45,805 bases of DNA from a virus (lineage: Duplodnaviria > Caudoviricetes), in the IMG/VR virus record IMGVR_UViG_3300017761_001556, positions 1 through 45,805 of that record; one strand, given 5' to 3'. Below, piece by piece: positions 1 to 9,294 of the stretch. Position 1 is the stretch's first letter; each line of letters begins with the position of its first letter. The translations under genes were made by a program, and so were the position numbers. The notes below the pieces were generated by a model that ran no database searches, was not told the DNA's origin, and was given only the letters and a program-made list of their open reading frames with translations.

Positions 1-81
1 AGTAGAACCCGCAAATACCTGACCTCCGATCAAATTGACCGGCTGTAGCCCGTAAGGGGCATCTACAACAGGATATGCCAT
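1..81 (-). CDS. N-terminal part (truncated by window edge) of a conserved head-region protein, MAYPVVDAPYGLQPVNLIGGQVFAGST...
   Basis: ATG at 81 preceded by GGAG; open to the window edge; N-terminus resembles proteins found next to the major capsid gene in uncultured freshwater podoviruses (recollection, not searched). Confidence 0.7.
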   Translation of the reverse strand, partial: MAYPVVDAPYGLQPVNLIGGQVFAGST

Positions 82-105
82 AATTTACTCCAAAAAAGTT
101 TTAAA

Positions 106-561
106 TTAACCTTTACCAAACGACGTCGATGACTTCCGCTCAGTGAACAGAGGCATACGGGGGTCGTTTTCACGCATAAAACTATTATCTACTGCAAGAG
201 TTTGCGCCTGAGTTTGGTCTTCGTAATGTTTATTACGCTGCTCAACAAATTCAGTCGGGGTCTTACACAACAATAATCCACCAACCTCAATACTGTCACT
301 AAAGCGACTAGCTGGGTCGATTAGCAGTTGAAACTTAGGTTGCTCCGTAACCTTTACAGGTTCCCAACCTTCGCGTAGCTTGCCTGATAAGTTCCGTGGG
401 TCAGCATTATTTAATGTTGAGACACGAATCCATCTATAGCTAAAACCCGGCTGCTTATCTGGTTCAGGTAGCAGCTCTGCTGGTGCCCACTGCTTAGGGC
501 GTTCCTGCAATGAAACTTGTGCACGGGTTTCTAATTCACGAGTAAGTCGATTTTCAGCCAT
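106..561 (-). CDS. conserved phage head-region hypothetical protein
   Basis: 151-aa ORF coupled to the upstream gene; YRWIR...REGWEPV...GGLLLCK pattern typical of this phage group. Confidence 0.75.
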   Translation of the reverse strand: MAENRLTRELETRAQVSLQERPKQWAPAELLPEPDKQPGFSYRWIRVSTLNNADPRNLSGKLREGWEPVKVTEQPKFQLLIDPASRFSDSIEVGGLLLCKTPTEFVEQRNKHYEDQTQAQTLAVDNSFMRENDPRMPLFTERKSSTSFGKG

Positions 562-1541
562 TATCTGTTCTCCAATTTGAGGACTTCGCGAGCATACTGC
601 TCCGGTGTGAGTTTAAATTTCTTAGCTAGCGCAGCTTGGGTAGCCGATAACTTAATACTCTTCGGAGCCGTGCTCCGCTTAGCTGAAGCTACGACCGTAC
701 TAGGTTTTTTAGCAGTCGCCTGTTTGGGCGACTCTGACGCGTCTTTGTCAGCGTCTATTTGGAAGGCTTCTGGAAACCGCTTGCGGATTGTTTTGTCAAT
801 CCGTTCGTAATAATCGTCAGTACCAATATATTCGGGGCCGTACTCACGTTGCAGTTTCATGTGCAAGCCTTTGGCTGCCTCAGTCATCTCCTCGTCTTTG
901 TTGAACCAATTCGAGTTTCGACGCTGCCATGATGCAAACTTTGGATCAACTTGCTGCTGTCTGTTGTCAGCTTGTGATCTTTGCGGCAGTTGTACCTCAT
1001 TTTCGTCGATTTGTACAGAGGGTTTGAAATTTTTTGCTCTGTCTAACTTTAAACTAGCATTAGTTAGCTTAAATTGTGCCTCTGCTAGCTTCTCTGAATC
1101 CCCGCTGTCATAGGCTTCACGGTACTCCCGTTTAGCCATTTCAACCTCATTTTCAGCCGATTCCTGCACGGTTGAAGCGTAGGCTTGCTCTCCAGAAGCC
1201 AGAGTAGCCTTAAGTTTTTTATTTTCCTCAAGAATATTCTTGGCTATACGTAAAGCTTCTTCTTGCTCTAGGTAAGCGGCTTCTTTAGCGCGGCGTTCGT
1301 CATGCCAAGCCCGTTTGTACTGTTTAAATTTGTTAATTACATCTTCTGGATACTCGCCACCATCCTCGGGTTTTTCCAAAGCATTAACAATATCAACCGG
1401 GAGGGGTTCCTTATTACGGTCTTCTGGGGGAGTGTCGTCCTCAATTTCAACAGTAAACTCCTCTTCCTCATCTTCAGGACGGGACATCTCTGTCTCTAGC
1501 TCATCAGGGAACTTATACTCAGTTTTTTCAAATTCAGGCAT
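561..1541 (-). CDS. putative capsid scaffolding protein
   Basis: Acidic N-terminus, long coiled coil, short basic C-terminal helix pair (LAKKFKLTPEQYAREV); lies between portal/GroES and head genes; AAGGAG RBS. Confidence 0.6.
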   Translation of the reverse strand: MPEFEKTEYKFPDELETEMSRPEDEEEEFTVEIEDDTPPEDRNKEPLPVDIVNALEKPEDGGEYPEDVINKFKQYKRAWHDERRAKEAAYLEQEEALRIAKNILEENKKLKATLASGEQAYASTVQESAENEVEMAKREYREAYDSGDSEKLAEAQFKLTNASLKLDRAKNFKPSVQIDENEVQLPQRSQADNRQQQVDPKFASWQRRNSNWFNKDEEMTEAAKGLHMKLQREYGPEYIGTDDYYERIDKTIRKRFPEAFQIDADKDASESPKQATAKKPSTVVASAKRSTAPKSIKLSATQAALAKKFKLTPEQYAREVLKLENR

Positions 1542-1550
1542 GGTGTCTCC

Positions 1551-1943
1551 TTATGCTCGTGAAATACCGCGCGGGTCTTGGACAACAGCCTCTACTGAGT
1601 CATCATTAATAAGACGGAATTCCTTACCATGAATCTTCAAACGAGTGCCGCTGTTCGGACGCGCGAGAATAAAATCGCCTTCTTTGCACCAAGGGCCAGT
1701 TTTAAATCTGTCGCCTTTATATGCCTCAGGACCTAATTTCACGACAAAAAAGACCGTGCTAAGGACTTCCTCGTAGTGCATTGTTGTACCGGCTTTTGCT
1801 AGACCGCTGTCGTACTTGTCATCAATTTCCGGTATGGTTACTAGTATGTGGTAGCCAGAAGGTTGTGGCAGTTGTTTTGCTTTATCTTCGGCATCTTGCG
1901 GAACTTCACCGCTTTCTGTAGCGATTACTAGTTCAGTCATCAT
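1551..1943 (-). CDS. groES: phage-encoded GroES-like co-chaperonin (Cpn10)
   Basis: PSGYHILV...VVKLGPEAY...KEGDFIL...GKEFRLINDDSVEAVV matches the Cpn10 pattern. Confidence 0.85.
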   Translation of the reverse strand: MMTELVIATESGEVPQDAEDKAKQLPQPSGYHILVTIPEIDDKYDSGLAKAGTTMHYEEVLSTVFFVVKLGPEAYKGDRFKTGPWCKEGDFILARPNSGTRLKIHGKEFRLINDDSVEAVVQDPRGISRA

Positions 1944-2121
1944 TTTGCTCCATTCGTTTTGCGAGGTTTAAAAGATACGACTCTATGGCAGTGAGTCCTC
2001 GTATTTCACCACACATAAATTGATACTCATCAAAGGTTTTAGCCGCTCTGTCAGCTACTGCGTCGGATAGTTGTACTCGACGCTCCCTTAATTCTTTAAT
2101 TGCCGCTTCTATCGCGTTCAT
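1933..2121 (-). CDS. small conserved hypothetical protein downstream of portal
   Basis: 62-aa helical ORF (EYQFMCGEIRGL) overlapping both neighbours. Confidence 0.7.
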   Translation of the reverse strand: MNAIEAAIKELRERRVQLSDAVADRAAKTFDEYQFMCGEIRGLTAIESYLLNLAKRMEQNDD

Positions 2122-4591
2122 TTGGTTTATCCTTCGGTGGTGTTGATTTTGGTTTTAACTTCATCTTGTGTAAGTCCATACCTTGACGGAAGCCTTCTAT
2201 CTCCATTTGTGTGTCATTGCGAGATTTATCAGCTGTGTGTTTCATTGCCATATTTGCTCCGGCAATCTCTTTCTGTGCGTTGATGCGCTCCATTTCAACC
2301 TGCAATTGTTTGTCTTTCGCGGCTGCGTCGAGCTTATCTTTAGCAATCTTGCGCTGAACCTCAGCTTGTTTAATCTGTAGTTCTTGCATCTGCATCTGAA
2401 TAATTGGGTCTTGCATCTGTTGCTGGTTCTGTTGCGCTTGAGCTTCTTGCATGTGTTGTTGCAAGATTTGCTGGCTCGCCATAGCTGCGCGACGAGAAAT
2501 CTCAAGCTCCATCTCTTGAGAAATTTCTTCTTGATCGTCCTCGTTACCCTCTTCAAAACTCGGTATCTCCATACCGATGGCTTGTTCAATCTGGTTCCTA
2601 TACTCAAACGCTGCGTGCTCATTAATATGAGCGTCCATAGCTGCCACTAACTGCTGCGCTATCTGTGGGTTTTGTCCAACTAACGCTTGCACTTGTGGGT
2701 CATTTTTAGCTGATGCGTGTACAGCTATGTGTGCCCTATGATCTTGATACGCAAACGCTTTGACAGGTTTGCCACGCAACAAGTCCATGTTTTCTGTAAC
2801 AGGATCGCGGGGTTTCCTATCGTCTTGCATCGGTACTAATTTAGCCGCGTTCTTAACACCTAAGACCTCAATCATCTGACGATGTAAAACAGGTAGGTCG
2901 TATATCTGAGGCGCTGACTGCGCTAACTGCAATACCGCTTGATACTGAACAACCTTTTGACTCATCGTTGCAGCGTTAGGGTCGCTGACAGGAATCACAT
3001 CTACTTGGTCATAGTCACTTTGCTTTGCGCGACGGTTGCCGTAGTCTGGCTCGTAGCTGTACTCGTCTGGAGTAAAGTCGCGAATAATGCCTTTTAATAG
3101 ACGAAACTCTTCGTGCATAGCGTAGTGAATCCTTGCTTGCACAGCCGACATAATCTTTAAAGTTCTCTCAAGAATAGCCAGCGTTGTACCAACAGGACTC
3201 TGTGCAGACATATCACTAACTTTTAAGTCAGCCATGTTTGCAAACACTTTACCTTCTTCAATAATCTGGTTCATCAAACCAGCAAGAACTTGCGAAGGCT
3301 CTTTGTATGGCAACATCATAATGTTGTCTTTGACGCTGCCGCTAGGTATATCTACGTCTCTAAATTCACCCGGAGAGATTGGTGTGTCGTCTCCTTTGAT
3401 TCGTAGTCCTCTAGCTTTAAGCCCACCCGGAAGATTGGAGAGGGTACCTGCATCAACGAGTTGACGCAAAATGGACGTGCCGGACTTTGCAAAAGCTCCG
3501 ATAAGATGAATAAGGCCGAAGTAGTAGAACCCAAAGCCCGGGACGTAGCCGTAGTGTACGAAGTGGTTGCGCTTTTGTTTGGTTTTGTCATCGGGTTTCC
3601 AATTCCGACGTATAGCTAAAACTGTCTGCGTATGTTTTTCAATGGTAATGATATACGGCAACGCGATGCCCGTCTCTTCTCCATCCTCGTCAACATCCTC
3701 GTAGCCGGGTAAGTCGACATCAACATGCATCTCAAGTATGCGATATCGGTCATCAGTAACCGCTCTGAAGCCAAGTTTCTCTGCAATCTTTTTCTCAACC
3801 TCTTCGATAGTATTAACCGGGTCGCCAAGATCGCAATCGAGGTAAAAGCCCGATACTTGAAGCTTTCGTAATTCATTCTCAGTTTTCCTCATCACATGTG
3901 TAACGCGCTCGCATGTTTTTAACGACGACGCGCCGTAAGGTACTACTACGTCTTCAGCTGGCACGTAAATAGACACTTGACGGTTTAACGACGGGTCAAA
4001 ATACACTTTTTTAAATGCATTACCAGATAAACCCAAGCCCCACAACATGCGCTCATGCTCTGGACGATACTCAGGCATCTCTTCTGTCAAGCGGTAATTC
4101 ATATCCTCTTGAACCCGGCTCGCTGCTTCCTTCTTTGCCGTCGTTTCTTTGCCAATGATCTTTGTTTTAACAGGCCCAGCCGCAGGGAATGTTTCCATGA
4201 TCGTCTCGCTTTGGAACTTAACAAGCGCCTCAGAGAGTAAGGGATGTGTAACACCACAAGCACCCGCCCACGGTTCTGTTCGTTCATCAAGTTTCATCCC
4301 TAAAAGATCAAGGCCATCTACATACGTCTGTATCCAATCTTTGCGCGAAGACACGTCCTCTTCATATGCATCAATTAAGTCGTTGGCTATTAACGACAGC
4401 ACAGAGTCTGGGATATATTCAGCTAAGTTAGCCTCAAACTCCTCATCACCCATGTCTTGTGGCTCAATATCAATCTCTAACCCGTCCGTTATAATACGCA
4501 CGGCCTCTGGGTCTTCAATCTCAATCTCCAGATCAGGTTCGTCGTCCATAATGCCCTGCGGCGCTGCATAAAGCGCTTTGTCAATACTCAT
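2096..4591 (-). CDS. portal protein (P22-like, with Gln-rich C-terminal coiled coil)
   Basis: 831 aa directly after TerL; HPLLSEA, GNAFKKVYFD and GFYYFGL motifs; long QMQ-rich C-terminal helix like the P22 portal barrel. Confidence 0.85.
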   Translation of the reverse strand: MSIDKALYAAPQGIMDDEPDLEIEIEDPEAVRIITDGLEIDIEPQDMGDEEFEANLAEYIPDSVLSLIANDLIDAYEEDVSSRKDWIQTYVDGLDLLGMKLDERTEPWAGACGVTHPLLSEALVKFQSETIMETFPAAGPVKTKIIGKETTAKKEAASRVQEDMNYRLTEEMPEYRPEHERMLWGLGLSGNAFKKVYFDPSLNRQVSIYVPAEDVVVPYGASSLKTCERVTHVMRKTENELRKLQVSGFYLDCDLGDPVNTIEEVEKKIAEKLGFRAVTDDRYRILEMHVDVDLPGYEDVDEDGEETGIALPYIITIEKHTQTVLAIRRNWKPDDKTKQKRNHFVHYGYVPGFGFYYFGLIHLIGAFAKSGTSILRQLVDAGTLSNLPGGLKARGLRIKGDDTPISPGEFRDVDIPSGSVKDNIMMLPYKEPSQVLAGLMNQIIEEGKVFANMADLKVSDMSAQSPVGTTLAILERTLKIMSAVQARIHYAMHEEFRLLKGIIRDFTPDEYSYEPDYGNRRAKQSDYDQVDVIPVSDPNAATMSQKVVQYQAVLQLAQSAPQIYDLPVLHRQMIEVLGVKNAAKLVPMQDDRKPRDPVTENMDLLRGKPVKAFAYQDHRAHIAVHASAKNDPQVQALVGQNPQIAQQLVAAMDAHINEHAAFEYRNQIEQAIGMEIPSFEEGNEDDQEEISQEMELEISRRAAMASQQILQQHMQEAQAQQNQQQMQDPIIQMQMQELQIKQAEVQRKIAKDKLDAAAKDKQLQVEMERINAQKEIAGANMAMKHTADKSRNDTQMEIEGFRQGMDLHKMKLKPKSTPPKDKPNERDRSGN

Positions 4592-4622
4592 AGTGAAATA
4601 TCCTTAAATATATAAATAGTCA

Positions 4623-6149
4623 TCAGTAGTACGCCTTTCTGCGCTTAGATTTAAACAACTGAATCTCATCTGGCTCATCACTTGGCAGACGTATAAACCC
4701 GCCTTGCCTAAACCTCATCAATGCTAGTGTCGTTGAGTCAACTAAGTCGTCGTTGATACCACTAGGAAAGTCGTTGCACTCTTCAATAACCTCCATCGCC
4801 CAGCGCCTATGGGGTGCCCACACAATGCCAGAGCGGAACAGATCGCTAACAGCGTTAACGCGGCTTGTCTTGTCATTACCTTTACCGGGGGTAAACTCTC
4901 CGATTGGCACTCCCATTCTCCGTAGCTCTTGGTATAAAGCCGCGCCGTTTGATTTTTTCTCCACAATGAATGCATCTGGTTGCCACTCCCTATATTCTTC
5001 TAGTACAAGAGCTTTAAGGTCTGGGAACTCCATACGCTTCTTAATAGAGTTCAACAGTATGATGTTGTAGTTATTTACTTCTTCGTTGAAGAACACGCCC
5101 CACGTAGTTAACGCGTTAAAGTCGGCTCTATTGTTCGTTTCTTGTGCAGCGTCCAAGCTCATAATGGTAAATTCACACGGCGGTGGGTTATCTGAATCCC
5201 ACATCTGCCACCAATCGCGCTTTATTAACGCTCCTTCTTCTGATGTTGGCTCCTGCATGTACTGAGCATTCCAGTATCGAATATCCAGTGATGCTTTTTT
5301 TGCCAACAATTCTTCGATAGGCCAGAACTCAGGCCAGAGCGGTTGGTCATTCTCATCAATTGCAGGAAACTGTACAACTTCCCACGGATCAACATCTTCA
5401 TTTCTCTCCATCTGCGTAACAATCTGTCCGGTCAAGTCAAGTTTTGACCATCTAGTCATCACTACAATAATTGCGCCGCCCGGCATGAGACGCTGGATAG
5501 GCCCGCTCTGAAACCATTCCCATGCTGGTAGAAACACTTCAGGTCGTCCGAGCTTGGCTTCTTGCTCAGAATGGGGGTCGTCAATAATAAATAGATCAGC
5601 ACCACGACCAGCCAAAGCACCGCCAACACCGATGGCGAAATACTCCCCACCAAAGTTAGTTCCCCACCGCGACGCGGATTTTGAGTCCGCTTGTAGCTCA
5701 ATCTGCGGAAAAATGTCATGATAATTCTCCGATCCCACTAAATTACGGACTCTTCTACCAAACTGGACAGCTAAGTCGGCAGTATGTGAGGCCATAATGA
5801 CCTTCTTATTAGGATATTTCCCCAAAAACCACGCTGGGGCTAGATAAGATATGAGTTCCGACTTGCCGTGGCGCGGCGCAATGTTCACAATCACCCGTTT
5901 TTTCTTGCCAGCAGCTATTTCTTCAAAGATTTTTGCTAATTTATAGTGATGCGGACCCACTTTATAGCCCGGATACACATGTTTTACGAAATCAAGGAAC
6001 GATTCCTTACTAACTTCGCGCGTTACTTCCTCTTTATACTTCTTTAATAGCTCAGCAGTACGCCTTTTTTGCTTCTCAGGCATCGTGGGTAGTGCCGCGC
6101 GCAGCTTATTTATGTCATTTGCGGACAGTTTTATAGTGTCAAGCACCAT
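4623..6149 (-). CDS. terL: terminase large subunit
   Basis: Walker A IAPRHGKSE, Walker B LFIIDDPH, VMTRW motif, nuclease acidic residues SLDAA and DDLVDS. Confidence 0.95.
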   Translation of the reverse strand: MVLDTIKLSANDINKLRAALPTMPEKQKRRTAELLKKYKEEVTREVSKESFLDFVKHVYPGYKVGPHHYKLAKIFEEIAAGKKKRVIVNIAPRHGKSELISYLAPAWFLGKYPNKKVIMASHTADLAVQFGRRVRNLVGSENYHDIFPQIELQADSKSASRWGTNFGGEYFAIGVGGALAGRGADLFIIDDPHSEQEAKLGRPEVFLPAWEWFQSGPIQRLMPGGAIIVVMTRWSKLDLTGQIVTQMERNEDVDPWEVVQFPAIDENDQPLWPEFWPIEELLAKKASLDIRYWNAQYMQEPTSEEGALIKRDWWQMWDSDNPPPCEFTIMSLDAAQETNNRADFNALTTWGVFFNEEVNNYNIILLNSIKKRMEFPDLKALVLEEYREWQPDAFIVEKKSNGAALYQELRRMGVPIGEFTPGKGNDKTSRVNAVSDLFRSGIVWAPHRRWAMEVIEECNDFPSGINDDLVDSTTLALMRFRQGGFIRLPSDEPDEIQLFKSKRRKAYY

Positions 6150-6714
6150 CGTTAGCCCCTAAACCCTGCCCTATTTCCCTAACTTCGACGTCCATTACCT
6201 GATCTTCAAGCATATTTAAGGTTTCGATAAGTTCTTTTTCTACTTCCTCAATACTCTGTATCTTTACAGTCATCTCGCTACGCTTCTTAAATGCATCAAC
6301 CCCGTCTACCTCACCTAGTTTTGACAAAGCGGCAATCCTTGCCTTCGGGTCTTTGACATTTTCAATCTCTGCAACAAGCTTATTGACCACGTAGAGCTTT
6401 AAATCAGACAACTCTTCAACGATCATACAGTTAGACTGAGCCACCATACCTGCAAGGTAGGCCATTACTTCATTAGGGTATTTAGCAAACTCCGGGCGGT
6501 GTGCCGGGTTCTCTATCATTTGTCTGGCTATTTGACGTGCAACATCCATGTGTTCTGGAGTTGGTTCAATCGGCTCGTGATTAAGATCGGAAATGAGTTT
6601 TATTGTCTTAGCCCTCATCTCAATCTCTTGTTGCGGAGTGAGTTCGGGTAACGCTTCCATCGCTGATGATGGTAACGGAATATCTTCTTCTAAATTGGGG
6701 ACAATCACATTCAT
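6139..6714 (-). CDS. terS: putative terminase small subunit
   Basis: 191-aa helical protein immediately upstream of and overlapping terL; RIAALSKLGEVDGVDAF motif; assignment is mainly positional. Confidence 0.6.
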   Translation of the reverse strand: MNVIVPNLEEDIPLPSSAMEALPELTPQQEIEMRAKTIKLISDLNHEPIEPTPEHMDVARQIARQMIENPAHRPEFAKYPNEVMAYLAGMVAQSNCMIVEELSDLKLYVVNKLVAEIENVKDPKARIAALSKLGEVDGVDAFKKRSEMTVKIQSIEEVEKELIETLNMLEDQVMDVEVREIGQGLGANDGA

Positions 6715-6744
6715 TGGGCTTCCTGTGGCCTATGTGATTTGCAG

Positions 6745-6772
6745 ACTATAACACGAATTTCTACTTTGTAAA
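6745..6772 (-). promoter_or_regulatory. sigma70-like promoter for terS-terL-portal
   Basis: Minus strand TTTACA-16 nt-TATAGT with a TGn extended -10, about 30 nt upstream of the terS ATG. Confidence 0.5.
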
Positions 6773-6799
6773 GGCTTGTTATTTTGTTAACTAAGTTTT

Positions 6800-6963
6800 G
6801 GAAAAATTTTTGCGAAATTTGTATACATTCTTCGGACAAAAATGAAGGGGGGTGGTTTCTGAGATTTGGAATTTGGTGGAGTTATTTGTGCGTATCTTGG
6901 GGTATGGGGGAGGGATGGTACCAAGCTGTAGATTTGGGGGATGGGGGGCCGATTGGTAGGGTG
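6800..6963. other. G-tract-rich non-coding segment between divergent late and early arms; candidate genome end / packaging region
   Basis: Seven runs of 3-6 G on the top strand (6847, 6899, 6906, 6912, 6936, 6943, 6959) plus AAAAATTTTT at 6802-6811. Confidence 0.4.
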
Positions 6964-6969
6964 GAAAAC

Positions 6970-6999
6970 TTTACTTATGCCCCTACTATCAGCTATAAC
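6970..6999 (+). promoter_or_regulatory. early promoter P1
   Basis: TTTACT/TTACTT...TATAAC; shares TATCAGyTATAACTATTCTAyCGGAT with P2. Confidence 0.55.
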
Positions 7000-7055
7000 T
7001 ATTCTACCGGATGAAATTAGTGCCGGTCTGTAGTATCTTCAATGAAAGGTTCATC

Positions 7056-7526
7056 ATGAACTCCAAATCTGTCGCCGATGTAATCGGCTCTGCTGTTGCT
7101 TCACTCGATTCACGTATCGCTGACGTCAAGCGTGATAAGTCACTGCTCAAGTCTGCCAAGATTCAAAAGCGTTTGACTCAGTTGGTCGCGCCACTGCTGT
7201 ATATACTTGGTGGTCTGAGTAATATCCGCATTGAAGTCTACTGCGGCAAGCCTGTTGTCTACGTCAGCATGTTCAGTATTGACAGCTTCAAGCAGGACGA
7301 GTTGGTCAACGCTCTGGGCTATCTGACTGAGATCACTGAGAAGGATAACGGCAAGATCACTACTGAAGATTGGGCAGTGGCAGTGAACCGAGACTTCAGG
7401 TTCGAGACTGAAGAGTGGCGCGTATGTGTACATGCTTACGTGAAGGACGACAGTCCTACCTGCCGCAAGATAGCAGTAGGCACTGAGGTGATCGAACGCA
7501 CCAAGTACGAAATCGTGTGTGACTAA
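7056..7526 (+). CDS. hypothetical early protein
   Basis: Track ORF 7011..7526; start moved to the ATG at 7056 after a GAAAGG RBS. Confidence 0.75.
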   Translation: MNSKSVADVIGSAVASLDSRIADVKRDKSLLKSAKIQKRLTQLVAPLLYILGGLSNIRIEVYCGKPVVYVSMFSIDSFKQDELVNALGYLTEITEKDNGKITTEDWAVAVNRDFRFETEEWRVCVHAYVKDDSPTCRKIAVGTEVIERTKYEIVCD

Positions 7527-7532
7527 ACCAAC

Positions 7533-7550
7533 TGGGGGCCTCGGCCCCCA
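7533..7550 (+). other. intergenic GC stem-loop without U-tract (RNA stabilising/processing hairpin)
   Basis: TGGGGGC-CTCG-GCCCCCA. Confidence 0.55.
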
Positions 7551-7569
7551 TTACTGAAAGGTAATAGCT

Positions 7570-7788
7570 ATGAGACTAGTATATGACGAGAGCGGCGACG
7601 CTCCGGTTGAGGTGGGTGATGTAGTACATGTTCGCGGCATACCTTATACAATCTTAGGTATACGTGAGCCACACAAGCCTAGCAGCACAGGACGTGTGAT
7701 CTGTCAGTCGATGACAGAAGAGAAGTGGTTAACTGAATGGTTTCCTAATGTAGTCCATGCACATTGGATCGAGCGAGACGATCAGTAG
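7570..7788 (+). CDS. small hypothetical protein (beta-rich)
   Basis: 72-aa ORF with GAAAGG RBS; PHKPSSTGRV motif. Confidence 0.75.
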   Translation: MRLVYDESGDAPVEVGDVVHVRGIPYTILGIREPHKPSSTGRVICQSMTEEKWLTEWFPNVVHAHWIERDDQ

Positions 7789-7794
7789 TAGTTC

Positions 7795-7822
7795 AGAGAG
7801 AGCTTCGGCTCTCTCTTTTTTT
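7795..7822 (+). terminator. intrinsic terminator T1
   Basis: AGAGAGAGC-TTCG-GCTCTCTCT followed by a T-tract. Confidence 0.9.
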
Positions 7823-7925
7823 GCGCCCATGTTTTTGAAACCAGTTATGTTGTCGCGCGAGCCTAAGCGCGTGAGTGCGGTCGTGAGCGCGTCATTAAAT
7901 AGTATTCCGTCCTATGCCGGAATCG

Positions 7926-7954
7926 TTGACTTATAGCTACGTATCAGTTATAAC
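7926..7954 (+). promoter_or_regulatory. early promoter P2
   Basis: TTGACT-17 nt-TATAAC upstream of the 8012 gene. Confidence 0.7.
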
Positions 7955-8011
7955 TATTCTATCGGATAGATACCGATCTTTTCTTTTAATCTTAATGTAA
8001 GGGGTTTAAAA

Positions 8012-8638
8012 ATGGATAATTCCATTTCAGTAGTACCGGCGTCACTCGCCGATTGTGGTTATCAAGCGGGTCGTAATTCTGATGCACTAAAAGAAAATGC
8101 ACTTTATCTAATGGATAATTGCGTGAATTTTCCTGATGAATTGCAAAACTTAGAGAAAGAACAGATTACTCAGGGTTTGCTACAGTATCGCTCAGAAAAG
8201 TATCCTGCTATCGAGTACGCTGTTATCGATGGCAACTATATCCCAGTAGATCAATTACCGAAAGACGCTAAGATTATCGAGCGTAAAAAAATCGGTATCG
8301 ATTTTGCTTATAGTTATTCTCAGCATGAAGTAGGACAGCTTGTTAAGATTGACAAGGGTTTACACGCCATCGTGACTAAGATTCGAAAATCAGGTAATAG
8401 TTATATATCTGACAGAATCAAAGACTTGCAAAAGAAAGCCCGCGAGATTATCAAGGATCGTAATGGCGAAAAGAAAACCCGCGAGCAGGCTGTCAACTAT
8501 GATAAGTGGATGGGCGATGTACTGGTTAGCTTCAAAACTAGAGCTAAGACAGCGACAGCGCGAGGTGATGCGACTGTACCTGATCCTAAAAAACTTGACG
8601 CTGCAATCATAGCGTTTAAAACTAAGCTAGGAATGTAA
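8012..8638 (+). CDS. hypothetical early protein (monocistronic)
   Basis: 208-aa ORF with AAGGGG RBS, bracketed by P2 and T2. Confidence 0.8.
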   Translation: MDNSISVVPASLADCGYQAGRNSDALKENALYLMDNCVNFPDELQNLEKEQITQGLLQYRSEKYPAIEYAVIDGNYIPVDQLPKDAKIIERKKIGIDFAYSYSQHEVGQLVKIDKGLHAIVTKIRKSGNSYISDRIKDLQKKAREIIKDRNGEKKTREQAVNYDKWMGDVLVSFKTRAKTATARGDATVPDPKKLDAAIIAFKTKLGM

Positions 8639-8647
8639 TACCTCAGA

Positions 8648-8679
8648 CCTCAGACCGGAAACGGTCTGGGGTTTTTTTT
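8648..8679 (+). terminator. intrinsic terminator T2
   Basis: CCTCAGACCG-GAAA-CGGTCTGGGG followed by T8. Confidence 0.9.
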
Positions 8680-8742
8680 CGCCCGATGTTTTGAAACCAG
8701 TTGTTAATTAGAGCGCGCGCGTTGAGCAAGGGTGGTCTCTAT

Positions 8743-8769
8743 TTAGCGTTCCGGCTGTAGCCGGAATCA
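8743..8769. repeat. palindromic operator-like site, copy 1 (TTCCGGCT-GT-AGCCGGAA)
   Basis: 27-nt match to 9361-9387 except the central 2 nt; degenerate copy at 7905-7922. Confidence 0.75.
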
Positions 8770-8804
8770 CTACATCATTTAATTTTCTACTAAATGACGC
8801 TGAA

Positions 8805-9290
8805 CCTGTCTAGTCTGACAGAAACCTGACAAAAACTGTTCTGACAACTAGTTGTTTGTTCCGTAACGGAACAAGATTTCGCCCTTTAAAATCAAGGACT
8901 TACAGCATTGTTCCAATGTTCCAGTGATTTTAGGGTATATGTCCGGAAAACAGAAAAAACGCAGCGAGCGCGAACGGTTTGGCAAGTGCGTAATAAAAAT
9001 CGAATCCAAGCGGAGCCATATACCCATACCGGAACAGAACACACTTTTATTTATATATTTATATCTATAAAAAATAATATACTCTAATGTTTTCAACGGT
9101 TTTCAGCCCTTCGCTTTTCAAAAAGTTTGTTCCGACACCCTTTTTTCACCGGAACAAAATAGTACCTACTATCACTAAACCCCGCATACCTACGTCAAAA
9201 TTTGTTCCAATTTGTTCCAATTCAACCCCGCCAAACCAGAACAGCCAGAACAAATCAGAACAAAACCTCTATCGAACAAAGTTACCCAGA
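8805..9290. other. putative replication origin with TGTTC/GAACA iterons, AT-rich core and IHF site
   Basis: About 15 TGTTC/GAACA copies in both orientations; perfect IR TTGTTCCGT-A-ACGGAACAA at 8856-8874; tandem (TTTGTTCCAA)2 at 9201-9220; AT-rich tract about 9045-9088; AATCAAGGACTTA at 8890-8902 fits the IHF consensus WATCAANNNNTTR. Confidence 0.6.
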
Positions 9291-9294
9291 GTTC

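Noticed and set aside
37-54. 14/18 match to the TTCCGGCTGTAGCCGGAA palindrome inside the first gene
   Set aside because: It encodes YGLQPV of a conserved protein and the outer arms are broken; probably chance
577-5719. Numerous short antisense or out-of-frame ORFs over scaffold, portal and terL
   Set aside because: Fully contained in well-supported genes, with no independent signals
6784-7014. 76-aa Trp/Gly-rich ORF
   Set aside because: TTG start without RBS; its composition reflects the G-tracts, and it overlaps promoter P1
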